A stretch of 31,922 bases of DNA from Solirubrobacteraceae bacterium (GCA_035547175.1 DASZVK010000097.1:1-31922), one strand, 5' to 3'; shown: positions 18,140-26,737, numbered from the stretch's first letter. Notes: generated by a model from the letters alone, not told the origin. Translations and numbers: made by a program.

Positions 18140-19084
18140 GTGGACTTCGGCGTCTTCCTGCCCGTGTCGGGCCGCGCAGCGAGCCGCGGCGGCCTGACCC
18201 ACGCGGCGCGCAAGGCCGAGGAGCTGGGCTTCACGGCGGTCTGGGCCGCCGACCGGATCGTGATCCCGTGGAGGATCGAGACGACCTACAACTACAACTG
18301 GTCGGGGCAGTTCTTCGTGCCGCCCGAGGCGGCGTTCCTCGAGCCGCTGACGGTCCTCGCGTTCCTCGCCGGGGCGACCGAGAGGATCCGCCTCGGCGTC
18401 AGCGTGCTCGTCGGCCCGTACCGCGACCCGGTGTACTGGTCGAAGGTCGTCGCCTCGATCGACCAGCTCTCGGAGGGACGCTTCGTCCTCGGCTTCGGCG
18501 TCGGCTGGATGCCGGAGGAGTTCGCCGCGCTGGGCAGGGCGGAGCACTTTGCGCCGCGCGGCAGGGTCGCCGACGAGCAGCTCGCGATCTTCAGGACGCT
18601 GACGCGCGACGAGCACGCCAGCCACGACGGCGAGTTCTTCGCCTTCGACGACGTCGCCTTCCAGCCCAAGGGCTTCCGCGGGCCGGGCTCGATCCCGGTG
18701 TGGGTCGGCGGCGAGGCCAGGCCCTCGCAGCGCCGCGCCGGCCGCGCCGGCGACGCCTGGTTCCCGTACTTCCCGCGCGTGACGCCCGACGAGCTGGCCC
18801 GCCGCTACGCCTACGTGCTCGAGACGGCCGAGGCCGCCGGGCGCGACCCGCACGACGTCGCGCTGCACTGCTGCCTGTCGGTCGAGGTCACGCCCGAGCC
18901 GGTCGAGCAGGAGCCCGACCTCCTGCGCGGCAGCCCCGAGCAGGTCGTCGAGCGCCTGGCCGCGTTCGCCGAGGTCGGCGTGCAGCACTGCGCGCTGCAG
19001 TTCCTCGTCGGCCGCTACCCCGAGCGCGTCGAGCAGATGGAGCGCTTCGCCGCGCAGGCGCGGGCCGACGGGCTGCTCGGGTAG
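18140..19084 (+). CDS. LLM-class oxidoreductase, probably F420-dependent (Rv2161c/TIGR03619-like), 314 aa
   Basis: AEELGFTAVWAADRIVIP, EPLTVLAFLAGATERIRLG, IDQLSEGRFVLGFGVGWMPEEF, QPKG, GSPEQV. Confidence 0.85.
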   Translation: MDFGVFLPVSGRAASRGGLTHAARKAEELGFTAVWAADRIVIPWRIETTYNYNWSGQFFVPPEAAFLEPLTVLAFLAGATERIRLGVSVLVGPYRDPVYWSKVVASIDQLSEGRFVLGFGVGWMPEEFAALGRAEHFAPRGRVADEQLAIFRTLTRDEHASHDGEFFAFDDVAFQPKGFRGPGSIPVWVGGEARPSQRRAGRAGDAWFPYFPRVTPDELARRYAYVLETAEAAGRDPHDVALHCCLSVEVTPEPVEQEPDLLRGSPEQVVERLAAFAEVGVQHCALQFLVGRYPERVEQMERFAAQARADGLLG

Positions 19085-19085
19085 G

Positions 19086-19117
19086 CGCGCTCCGACTCCG
19101 GCGCCGTCGGGAGCGCG
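19086..19117. terminator. GC-rich hairpin ending the catabolic cluster (convergent junction)
   Basis: CGCGCTCCGAC ... GTCGGGAGCGCG inverted repeat with one bulge, right after the stop at 19084. Confidence 0.5.
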
Positions 19118-19163
19118 GTCTCGCGCGGCGACGAACCGTGAGGGAGCGTGCACGCGCCCGCTG

Positions 19164-19592
19164 TTAGCAGGCCAGGCCGAGCTGCTCGCGCCACGCGCCG
19201 ACCTGCGGCATCGCCACCTCGTCGGGGACGGCCCACGAGAAGTGCACGTTGAACAGCCGGAACGCGCCCGCGTCGTCGCGCACCGCGAACGCCGTCGCGC
19301 GCATGGGAAGCTCCGTGCCGTCCGGGAGGGTCGCGGTGATCTCGACGGCCGCGAAGCCGCCGTCGCCGACCTCCCAGGAGCGCAGGCCGGAGGCGACCCA
19401 GGCGACGCCCATCCGCGTCATCTGCTGGATCGAGGACAGCCACTCGTCGCGCCCGGCGCCTATGCGCTGCGTGCCGATCGTGAACGCTTCGGGGTCCTCG
19501 GCGAGGATCGCCCCGACCCCGGTCGCGTCGCCCGCGGTCATCCGCTCGCACCAGGCCTCGACGGCTGCGGCCACCTGCTCAGATCGCTGCAT
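19164..19592 (-). CDS. SnoaL/NTF2-like family protein, 142 aa
   Basis: Size and pattern typical of NTF2 fold (helix, AFTIGT, RATAFAVR, HFSWAVP); strong coding bias. Confidence 0.7.
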   Translation of the reverse strand: MQRSEQVAAAVEAWCERMTAGDATGVGAILAEDPEAFTIGTQRIGAGRDEWLSSIQQMTRMGVAWVASGLRSWEVGDGGFAAVEITATLPDGTELPMRATAFAVRDDAGAFRLFNVHFSWAVPDEVAMPQVGAWREQLGLAC

Positions 19593-19660
19593 GGAAGTCC
19601 TCTTCCGGCGTCCGAAGGGCTAGATAGTCAACTCCGCTGCGCCCCCTGTCGTGTCCCGTC

Positions 19661-20155
19661 ATGGCCCTGGTCGGCCGCGGCGGGGCCTCCGGACCCGAGC
19701 TCGTCGAAATGGCGACCGGCGCCGCCCCGCTGTTCTGGTCGGGCGGCGCCAGTCACGTCCTGCGGGAGGCGCGCCGGCTCGCCGACGACGGCTACCTGTC
19801 CGCGCGCACCGAGCCGGCCAAGACGCGCCCACGCACCGTCTACGAGCTCACCGAGAAGGGCCATGCCGCGATGCGCGCATGGCTCGCCGCGCCATCGAGC
19901 TACCCGCGGATCCAGCACGAGGCGGCGATTCGCCTGTTCGCATCGGACCTCGGCGACCGCGATGCGGTCGTCGAGAGCCTGCGCGCGCTGCGCGCCTCGC
20001 TCCCGCACCTCGAGGCGCTGTGCGACGTCTACGCGCAGCGCGCCCGGGACATCCCGCACCGGGCCAAGGCCACCCTGTTCGAGCTCTCGCTCGCGCGGCG
20101 CCTCATCCAGGCGCACCGCGAGTGGGTCGACGACGTCGAGCGAGAGCTGCTCTAG
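19661..20155 (+). CDS. PadR-family transcriptional regulator with C-terminal extension
   Basis: W...SHVLREARRLADDGYL, RTVYELTEKG, MRAWLAAP, C-terminal coiled helices; start uncertain. Confidence 0.8.
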   Translation: MALVGRGGASGPELVEMATGAAPLFWSGGASHVLREARRLADDGYLSARTEPAKTRPRTVYELTEKGHAAMRAWLAAPSSYPRIQHEAAIRLFASDLGDRDAVVESLRALRASLPHLEALCDVYAQRARDIPHRAKATLFELSLARRLIQAHREWVDDVERELL

Positions 20156-20201
20156 CCGGTCACCCTTGGTGGAGCGGCTCAGCCCGCTCGGCGGCGCGCT
20201 T

Positions 20202-20318
20202 GCCGTCCTCACCACCTTCGACCTCGACGAGTACGTCTACCGGGCGACGAAGGCCGGAGGGAGCGGCTTCTCCTCGAGGACACGACTCGTCGCCGCCGGC
20301 GATTCGCTGCTCGCACCG
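20202..20318 (+). pseudogene. Remnant of a NarL/FixJ-family response regulator
   Basis: Translates AVLTTFDLDEYVYRATKAGGSGF...VAAGDSLLAP, matching the receiver motif LTTFDLDEYV..AL.AGASGFLLKD and the linker VAAGDSLLAP; the segment between them is mostly deleted; no start and no HTH. Confidence 0.75.
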
Positions 20319-20377
20319 CGAGACCGGACCGGTTCGCCCTGGCGATGCGTAGGCGCGGCGATTCGCAGCGGCTGGCA

Positions 20378-20450
<73 letters not shown>

Positions 20451-20453
20451 AGC

Positions 20454-20897
20454 GTGGGAGAGGGTAGCGATCGGGGGGACGCCAGCGGCCTGACACGCTT
20501 CGTCGACGCGCAGGACGCCGGAGGGGCCTACGACCGCGCGCTCGCGGAGCTTCGCCGCGGCCGTAAGACGAGCCACTGGATGTGGTTCGTCTTCCCGCAG
20601 ATCGAGGGCCTCGGGTACAGCGCGATGGCTCGCCGCTATGCGATCTCCTCGCTGGACGAGGCGCGCGCCTATCTCGCCCACCCGGTCCTCGGGCCGCGCC
20701 TGCTCGCCTGCGTCGACGCGCTGCTGGAGGTCGAGGGCCGCAGCGCCGGCGAGGTCCTCGGCCCCGTCGACGCGCTCAAGCTGCGCTCGTCGATGACGCT
20801 GTTCGCGCGCGCCGACCCGGGCGAGCCCCGGTTCGCCCGTGTGCTCGAGCGCTACTACGACGGCGAGCCGGACCCGCAGACCCTAGGTCGGCTCTGA
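20454..20897 (+). CDS. DUF1810 family protein, 147 aa
   Basis: RFVDAQ, GRKTSHWMWFVFPQ, YLAHPVLGPRL, DALKLRSSMTLF. Confidence 0.88.
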   Translation: MGEGSDRGDASGLTRFVDAQDAGGAYDRALAELRRGRKTSHWMWFVFPQIEGLGYSAMARRYAISSLDEARAYLAHPVLGPRLLACVDALLEVEGRSAGEVLGPVDALKLRSSMTLFARADPGEPRFARVLERYYDGEPDPQTLGRL

Positions 20898-20916
20898 CGC
20901 GGTCGTGAGCGCGAGC

Positions 20917-21345
20917 CTACTCGCGCGCGTACACGGTCGTCACCGGCAGCCCCAGGCCGTTGAGCTTGTGCGGCAGGTCGAGGTGCAGCCACCTCGAGAG
21001 GTGCCTGGGCAGCGTCGAGATGATGATCTCGTCGAAGCCGTGGAGGTTGACCGCGTCCTGGACGGCGTCGAGCGCGACGTGGCTGCCGATCATGCCCTCG
21101 ACGTCGCCGCCCGCCGCCTCGCGCAGGTGCGGCAGGGCCAGCGCGAGCACGGCTTCGGCGTCGCTCGCGCCATGGCCCTCGGGATCGTCCGTGACCTCGC
21201 TGAGGCCGTGCGCCCTCCTCGGCACCAGCAGCGTGAAGCGAGCGGGGCCGCGAGCCGCCCGCTCGCGGACCGCCTCGATCAGCGGCGGGGTCGCGGCGGT
21301 CCTGTGTGCGACGACCAGCACGCGGGCGGGACTCGACGGATCCAT
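20917..21345 (-). CDS. Hypothetical protein, universal-stress-protein-like fold, 142 aa
   Basis: VLVVAHRT...FTLLVP...FDEIIISTLP...SRWL..DLP pattern; GAAGGGAG RBS. Confidence 0.65.
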   Translation of the reverse strand: MDPSSPARVLVVAHRTAATPPLIEAVRERAARGPARFTLLVPRRAHGLSEVTDDPEGHGASDAEAVLALALPHLREAAGGDVEGMIGSHVALDAVQDAVNLHGFDEIIISTLPRHLSRWLHLDLPHKLNGLGLPVTTVYARE

Positions 21346-21396
21346 CGTGGGCTCCCTTCGTCGAACGCTCTGCGGCGCATCTTCCCAGGAACGAGC

Positions 21397-21426
21397 TTGC
21401 GAAATCGTTGCTTACGCAACTACAAT
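21397..21426 (+). promoter_or_regulatory. Sigma70-type promoter TTGCGA-N18-TACAAT with GTTGC-TTAC-GCAAC palindrome in the spacer
   Basis: Near-consensus hexamers; perfect 5-bp inverted repeat at 21407-21420; ATG 7 nt after the -10. Confidence 0.75.
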
Positions 21427-21433
21427 AGGTGGA

Positions 21434-22336
21434 ATGCGCGACCTCGCCGAACGTTCCGCGCGCCCCGCCTCCGGGGCCTCCCTGCCCGCTGGGCTGCGGC
21501 TCGGGCCGGTGCGCCTGGCCGTCTCCGACCTGCCCCGGGCCGAGCGCTTCCATCGCGACGTCATCGGGCTGCGGCCGACCGTGCCGGCGGCCGGCGGCGA
21601 CCGCCGCGAGCTCGCGCTGGGCGACGGCGAGACGACCGTCGTCACGCTCGTCGAGGAGCCTGGCGCGCAGCCGGCGCGCCGGGGTCCCGGCCTGTACCAC
21701 GTCGCGCTGCTGTACCCGACGCGCGCCGAGCTCGCCCGCGCGGCCATGCGGATCGCGCTGTCGCGCACGCCGATCCAGGGCGCGTCCGACCACGGCACCC
21801 ACGAGGCGATCTACCTCGCCGACCCCGACGGCAACGGCCTCGAGCTGGCCGCCGACCGGCCGCGAGACCGGTGGCCCGACGTGCGCAGCGTCGACGGGTA
21901 CGCGGGCGGGCCGCAGCCGCTCGACACCGACTCGCTGCTCGCGGAGGTGGCGGGCGAGGCACCGACGGCGAGCGCCGCGCCGGGCCTGCGCGTCGGCCAC
22001 GTCCACCTGCACGTCGGCGACGTCGCCCGCGGCCTGGCCTTCTACCGCGACGCGCTCGGCTTCGACGAGATGGTCGACCTCGGCTCGGCGGCGTTCGTGT
22101 CGGCCGGCGGCTACCACCATCACGTCGGCTTCAACGTCTGGCGAGGTCGCGGCGACGAGCGCGTGTCCGACGGTGTCGTCGGGCTGCGCGACTGGACGAT
22201 CGAGCTGCCGGCCGCGGCCGACGTCGCCGCCGTCCGCGAGCGCCTGGCCGCCGCCGGCGCCGAGGTCTGCGACCACGACTGCGGCTTCTCCGCCACCGAT
22301 CCGTGGGGCATCCCCTTCACGGTGCGCGCCTTCTGA
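21434..22336 (+). CDS. VOC/glyoxalase family protein (CatE-like), 300 aa
   Basis: LGPVRLAVSDL, GLYHVALLYP, ASDHGTHEAIYLADPDGNGLELAADRP, GHVHLHVGD, GGYHHHVGFNVW, DPWG. Confidence 0.88.
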   Translation: MRDLAERSARPASGASLPAGLRLGPVRLAVSDLPRAERFHRDVIGLRPTVPAAGGDRRELALGDGETTVVTLVEEPGAQPARRGPGLYHVALLYPTRAELARAAMRIALSRTPIQGASDHGTHEAIYLADPDGNGLELAADRPRDRWPDVRSVDGYAGGPQPLDTDSLLAEVAGEAPTASAAPGLRVGHVHLHVGDVARGLAFYRDALGFDEMVDLGSAAFVSAGGYHHHVGFNVWRGRGDERVSDGVVGLRDWTIELPAAADVAAVRERLAAAGAEVCDHDCGFSATDPWGIPFTVRAF

Positions 22337-22429
22337 CGCGAACGCGCGTCTGGCCTCGCGCGCGTGAGCGCGCGCTCGCTATCCTGACGCCCGCTCGGCC
22401 TGGATCATCCCGGTCGTTCCAGGCACCCG

Positions 22430-22511
22430 GGCGGGGTTCCCGAGCGGTCAAAGGGGACTGGCTGTAAACCAGTTGGCACTGCCTTCGCAGGTTCGAATCC
22501 TGCCCCCGCCA
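22430..22511 (+). tRNA. tRNA-Tyr(GTA)
   Basis: GGCGGGG/CCCCGCC acceptor stem, anticodon stem ACTGG/CCAGT with loop CTGTAAA, long variable arm, GGTTCGAATCC T-loop. Confidence 0.96.
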
Positions 22512-22522
22512 CTGACACGAGA

Positions 22523-22545
22523 GAGGGCCGCCCCGGGCGGCCCTC
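22523..22545. terminator. Hairpin between tRNA-Tyr and the convergent sigma factor gene
   Basis: GAGGGCCGCC-ccg-GGCGGCCCTC perfect 10-bp stem. Confidence 0.7.
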
Positions 22546-22575
22546 CCTCGTTCCTCCGACGTCCCCTCGCTCGCG

Positions 22576-23718
22576 CTACGACGCGTCCCGCAGGCGCTGC
22601 GCCTCGGGAAGCGACTCCAGCTTCTTGAGCGTGTGGTTCTCGATCTGGCGGATGCGCTCGCGCGTGACGTTGAACGCGCGGCCGACCTCCTCCAGCGTGC
22701 GCGGCCGGCCGCCCGTCAGGCCGTAGCGCATCTCGATCACCTCGCGCTCGCGCTGCGGCAACGCCGCCAGCGCCTTGCGCACGTTCTCGCGACGCAGGTT
22801 CTCCGAGGCCAGCTCGAACGGCGACTCGGCCGTCTGGTCCTCGACGAAGTCGCCCAGCTCGGACTCCTCCTCCTCGCCGATCGGCTTCTCCAGCGAGATC
22901 GGCTGCTGGCTCATGCGCAGGATGTCGCGCACCTCGCGCGCCGTCGTCTCCAGCTCGGCCGCGATCTCCTCCGGCGTCGGCTCGCGGCCCAGCGCCTGCA
23001 CGAGCTGGCGCTCGACGTGGACGACCTTGTTGAGCTTCTCGACCATGTGGACCGGGATCCGGATCGTCCGGCCCTTGTCGGCGATCGCGCGCGTCACCGC
23101 CTGGCGGATCCACCACGTCGCGTAGGTCGAGAACTTGTAGCCGCGCCGGTAGTCGAACTTCTCGACCGCGCGGATCAGGCCGAGCGAGCCCTCCTGGATC
23201 AGGTCCAGGAACGTCAGCCCGCGGCCCAGGTAGCCCTTGGCGATCGAGACGACCAGGCGCAGGTTCGCCTCGACCATGTGGGTCTTGGCGTCCATGTCGC
23301 CACGCTCGATGCGCTTGGCCAGCGCGACCTCCTGCTCGGCCGTCAGCAGCGGGACGCGGCCGATCGAGCGCAGGTAGAGCCGCAGCGAGTCCAGCGACGG
23401 CTCGACCGTGAGGTCGAGCTCGGGCTTGCGCGGCGGATCGGTCGTCTCCTTGTTGTCGCGCGCGTGCGCGACGGCTTCGAGGCGCGCCGCCTCGCTCGTC
23501 GCCGAGCGCCCGTCGGAGCCGACGACGTCTATGCCCTGCTCGACCAGGTGCGCGTGCAGCTCCTGCACCTGCTCCTTGGTCACCTCGATCTCGTCGAGGC
23601 ATGCGGCGATCTGCTCGAAGGTCAGGACGCCCTTCTCCTGCCCCTCGGCGATCAGATGACGAAGCTCCTCCATCTCGAGGATGGAAACCTCGTCCGCCAA
23701 CAGCACCGTATCGGTCAA
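22576..23718 (-). CDS. RNA polymerase sigma-70 factor, RpoD/SigA-like with region 1.1, about 380 aa
   Basis: [77 protein letters not shown]; AGAAGGGT RBS before TTG 23718 (alternative ATG 23673). Confidence 0.93.
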   Translation of the reverse strand: MTDTVLLADEVSILEMEELRHLIAEGQEKGVLTFEQIAACLDEIEVTKEQVQELHAHLVEQGIDVVGSDGRSATSEAARLEAVAHARDNKETTDPPRKPELDLTVEPSLDSLRLYLRSIGRVPLLTAEQEVALAKRIERGDMDAKTHMVEANLRLVVSIAKGYLGRGLTFLDLIQEGSLGLIRAVEKFDYRRGYKFSTYATWWIRQAVTRAIADKGRTIRIPVHMVEKLNKVVHVERQLVQALGREPTPEEIAAELETTAREVRDILRMSQQPISLEKPIGEEEESELGDFVEDQTAESPFELASENLRRENVRKALAALPQREREVIEMRYGLTGGRPRTLEEVGRAFNVTRERIRQIENHTLKKLESLPEAQRLRDAS

Positions 23719-23877
23719 CGACACACCCTTCTGGACTTCGGGAACCCTCTCCAACCACTCGCCGGACGGCTGCGCCACCGGCCTCGGAATGCCCGGCCTC
23801 CTCAAACCCGGCCCCGAGTTGGTGGCAAGTGATACCAGACGCCCGAGCGGGACGCGGGCGCCCGTATGCTGGCCTCC

Positions 23878-24891
23878 ATGCACGTTGCGACGATCGCGCC
23901 GGACGTCCAGAGCCAGCGCCCGACGGTCCACGTGTCGCTCTCGCGCGTGGGCGTCACCGGCGTCGAGAAGGTCATCCGCGTCCGCGACCAGCTCTTCTGG
24001 GCGCGGCTGGAGTGCTTCGTCGACCTCGGCCCGAGCCAGAAGGGCGCGCACATGTCGCGCTTCGAGGAGGTCGTCAATGAGGCGATCGGCGAGGTCGTGA
24101 TCCGCGGCAGCGCGCTGCGCGCCGAGGACCTCGCCCAGCGGATCGCCGAGCTGGTGCGCGAGCGCCAGGGCGCGCTGCGCGCCGAGGTGACGATCACCGC
24201 CCGCTATCCCGAGCACAAGCCCGCCCCCGTCTCGGGCATCGAGACCCAGGAGCTGTACACGCTGCACGGCGCCGCGGTCGCCAGCGAGGCCGGCACGCGG
24301 CGCCTCGTCGGCGTCTCCGCGCAGGGCATGACCGCCTGCCCGTGCGCGCAGCAGCTCGTCGCCGGCGCCTCGCGCGAGCGCCTGCTCGCCGACGGCTTCA
24401 CCGCCGACCAGGTGGAGCGGATCCTCGACCACGTCCCCGTCGCGACCCACAACCAGCGCGGGCTCGGCACGCTGCACATCGGCTCGCCTGAGGGCGTCGA
24501 CGCCGACATCGAGGCGGAGGACCTGCTGCGGATCGTCGAGTCCTCGATGTCGAGCGAGATCTACGAGCTGATGAAGCGCTCCGACGAGGGCGCCGTCGTC
24601 GAGAAGGCCCACCGGCGCCCGCGCTTCGTCGAGGACTGCGTGCGCGAGATGGTCAGGGGCGTCGTCGAGCGCTACGGGCGCCTGGGGCCGGGCACGTTCG
24701 TCTCCGCCCGCCAGGAGAACCTCGAGACGATCCACCAGCACAACGTCGTCGCCGAGCGCCAGGGGCTGCTCGGCGAGCTGCGCGCGGAGGTCGCCGGCGA
24801 CGAGCCCGCGCCGCTCGGCGAGGGCGAGCCGTCGCGCCGTCAGGTGTCGATGCGCGAGTGGCTCGAGATGGGGTCCGCGCCCGCCCGCTGA
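23878..24891 (+). CDS. mptA: GTP cyclohydrolase MptA/FolE2 family, 337 aa
   Basis: [50 protein letters not shown]; TATGCT 7 nt before ATG 23878. Confidence 0.88.
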   Translation: MHVATIAPDVQSQRPTVHVSLSRVGVTGVEKVIRVRDQLFWARLECFVDLGPSQKGAHMSRFEEVVNEAIGEVVIRGSALRAEDLAQRIAELVRERQGALRAEVTITARYPEHKPAPVSGIETQELYTLHGAAVASEAGTRRLVGVSAQGMTACPCAQQLVAGASRERLLADGFTADQVERILDHVPVATHNQRGLGTLHIGSPEGVDADIEAEDLLRIVESSMSSEIYELMKRSDEGAVVEKAHRRPRFVEDCVREMVRGVVERYGRLGPGTFVSARQENLETIHQHNVVAERQGLLGELRAEVAGDEPAPLGEGEPSRRQVSMREWLEMGSAPAR

Positions 24892-25439
24892 GCCTCGCGG
24901 CGCGCCTCGGCTTCGCGCAGCAGCCGGCGCATGCCGAAGAAGTAGTCGATCCCGCTGATCACGGTCGCGGCCACGGCGACGTACAGCAGCGCGTCGACGG
25001 CCGCAGGCGTCGGGTCGTAGGCGATCGCGAAGAAGATCGCCGCGACCTGCACGATCGTCTTGGCCTTGCCCCACCAGTTCGCCGGGATCACCACGCCCTG
25101 ACCGGTCGCCGCCATCCGCGCGACCGTCACCGCGAACTCGCGCGCGATGATCACCATCGCGATCCAGGCGGGCATGCGGTTCAGCGACACCAGCACGACG
25201 AGCGCGGCGACGATCAGCAGCTTGTCGGCGACGGGGTCCATCAGCTTGCCGAACGTCGTGATCGCCTGCTGGCGACGCGCCAGCCAGCCGTCGATCGCGT
25301 CGGTGATCGACGCCGCGGCGAAGACGATCGCCGCCAGCAGGTCGCCCTCGTGCGTCGCGTCGAGCAGCGCGACGACGAGCACCGGGACCAGCAGGATCCG
25401 CAGCAGCGTCAGCAGGTTGGGAACGTTCAGCGTGAACAC
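24840..25439 (-). CDS. pgsA: CDP-diacylglycerol--glycerol-3-phosphate 3-phosphatidyltransferase, about 199 aa
   Basis: [14 protein letters not shown]-alcohol motif [11 protein letters not shown]...[19 protein letters not shown]. Confidence 0.92.
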   Translation of the reverse strand: MFTLNVPNLLTLLRILLVPVLVVALLDATHEGDLLAAIVFAAASITDAIDGWLARRQQAITTFGKLMDPVADKLLIVAALVVLVSLNRMPAWIAMVIIAREFAVTVARMAATGQGVVIPANWWGKAKTIVQVAAIFFAIAYDPTPAAVDALLYVAVAATVISGIDYFFGMRRLLREAEARREAQRAGADPISSHSRIDT

Positions 25440-25501
25440 CGGTGCCCGAAGGTACCCGGCCTCGCCGCGCGCGTTACGTGCCCTTGCGGCGAGACCCTTT
25501 T

Positions 25502-25519
25502 GTTTGATAGTCATCGAAC
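25502..25519. promoter_or_regulatory. Imperfect palindrome GTTTGAT-AGTC-ATCGAAC, candidate ArsR-type operator
   Basis: 6/7 inverted match in the only AT-rich patch between divergent pgsA and the thiolase operon. Confidence 0.5.
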
Positions 25520-25588
25520 TGAATCGGGCCGTCCGGCGCGCCGGGGCGCGCGACCGGCTCGGTCGAGGCGAGCGAAGCCGGAGGGACC

Positions 25589-26737
25589 ATGCCGAGGATC
25601 GAGGAAGTCGCCGTCGCCGGCGTCGGCACGGTCGCGTCGCAACGCAAGCCGGGCCCCGGCGTGTCGACCCCGGGGCTGCTGGCCCGGGCCCTGCGGACGG
25701 CGCTCGAGGACGCGGGCATCCCCGCCTCGGAGGTCGACGGCCTCGGCGTCGGATCCTTCAGCCTCGCGCCCGACCGCACGATCGACCTCGCGTGGCACCT
25801 CGGCCTGCGCCTGCGCTGGATGATGGAGGACGTCACGACGATGAACCTCGTGCACCACGCGGTGCACGCGATCCGCTCGGGCGACGCCACGACGATCGCG
25901 ATCCTCGGCGGCGACCACCTCATGGGCGCCGGCTACGGGGCGATGGTCGACGACTACAACCGCGTCACCCGGGAGCACCTCGCGCCGCTCCCGACCGGCG
26001 GGCCCAACCCGCTGTTCGCGCTCGTCACGCAGGAGCACATGGACCGCCACGGCCTCTCGCGCGAGGACTACGGACGGGTCGTGATCAGCCAGCGCGCGTT
26101 CGCGGGCACCAACCCCTACGCCGCCTACCGCGAGCCGCTGGCGATCGAGGAGTACCTCGCGGCGCCCGTCGTCTCCGACCCGCTGACGATCTTCGACTGC
26201 CCGCCGATCGTCGCCGGCGCCGAGGCGATCGTGCTGACCGCCGAAGACCGCGGCCCGCCCGGCCGGCGCCGCGTCGCGATCCGCGCGATCGCCTCCAGCT
26301 TCAACCACGACCAGCAGGCCGGCGACGGGCTGCGGACCGGCCTCTCCCAGATCGCCGACGGGCTCTGGCGCGACGGCGGCGTCGGTCCCGAGGACGTCGA
26401 CGTGGCCGAGCTCTACGACGACTACCCCGTGATCGTGCTCGCCCAGCTCGAGGACCTCGGGCTGATCCGCGACGGCGACGCCTCGGCGATCCTGCGGGGA
26501 CCGGGCCGGTCGCGCCCCGGCGTCAACACCGGCGGCGGGATGCTGGCGGCCGGCCAGGCCGGCGCCGCGGGAGGCATCCAGGGCTTCGTCGAGGCCGTGC
26601 GCCAACTCCGCCACGAGCGTGGCGACGGGCAGATCGCCGGCGCCCGCATCGCCGTCGTGGCGGGCTACGCGATGGTGCTCTACCGCTACGGCGCCTGCTC
26701 GGTCGGCGCCGTGCTCGAGGGGCTGGAGGCGCGCTGA
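25589..26737 (+). CDS. Thiolase-family (SCP2/Ltp-type) protein with non-canonical active site, 382 aa
   Basis: [57 protein letters not shown]; GGAGGG RBS. Confidence 0.85.
   Translation: MPRIEEVAVAGVGTVASQRKPGPGVSTPGLLARALRTALEDAGIPASEVDGLGVGSFSLAPDRTIDLAWHLGLRLRWMMEDVTTMNLVHHAVHAIRSGDATTIAILGGDHLMGAGYGAMVDDYNRVTREHLAPLPTGGPNPLFALVTQEHMDRHGLSREDYGRVVISQRAFAGTNPYAAYREPLAIEEYLAAPVVSDPLTIFDCPPIVAGAEAIVLTAEDRGPPGRRRVAIRAIASSFNHDQQAGDGLRTGLSQIADGLWRDGGVGPEDVDVAELYDDYPVIVLAQLEDLGLIRDGDASAILRGPGRSRPGVNTGGGMLAAGQAGAAGGIQGFVEAVRQLRHERGDGQIAGARIAVVAGYAMVLYRYGACSVGAVLEGLEAR

Noticed and set aside
22337-22379. Self-complementary CG runs after the VOC gene (e.g. GAGCGCGCGCTC)
   Set aside because: Short CG palindromes are expected by chance at this GC content; no clear terminator geometry.
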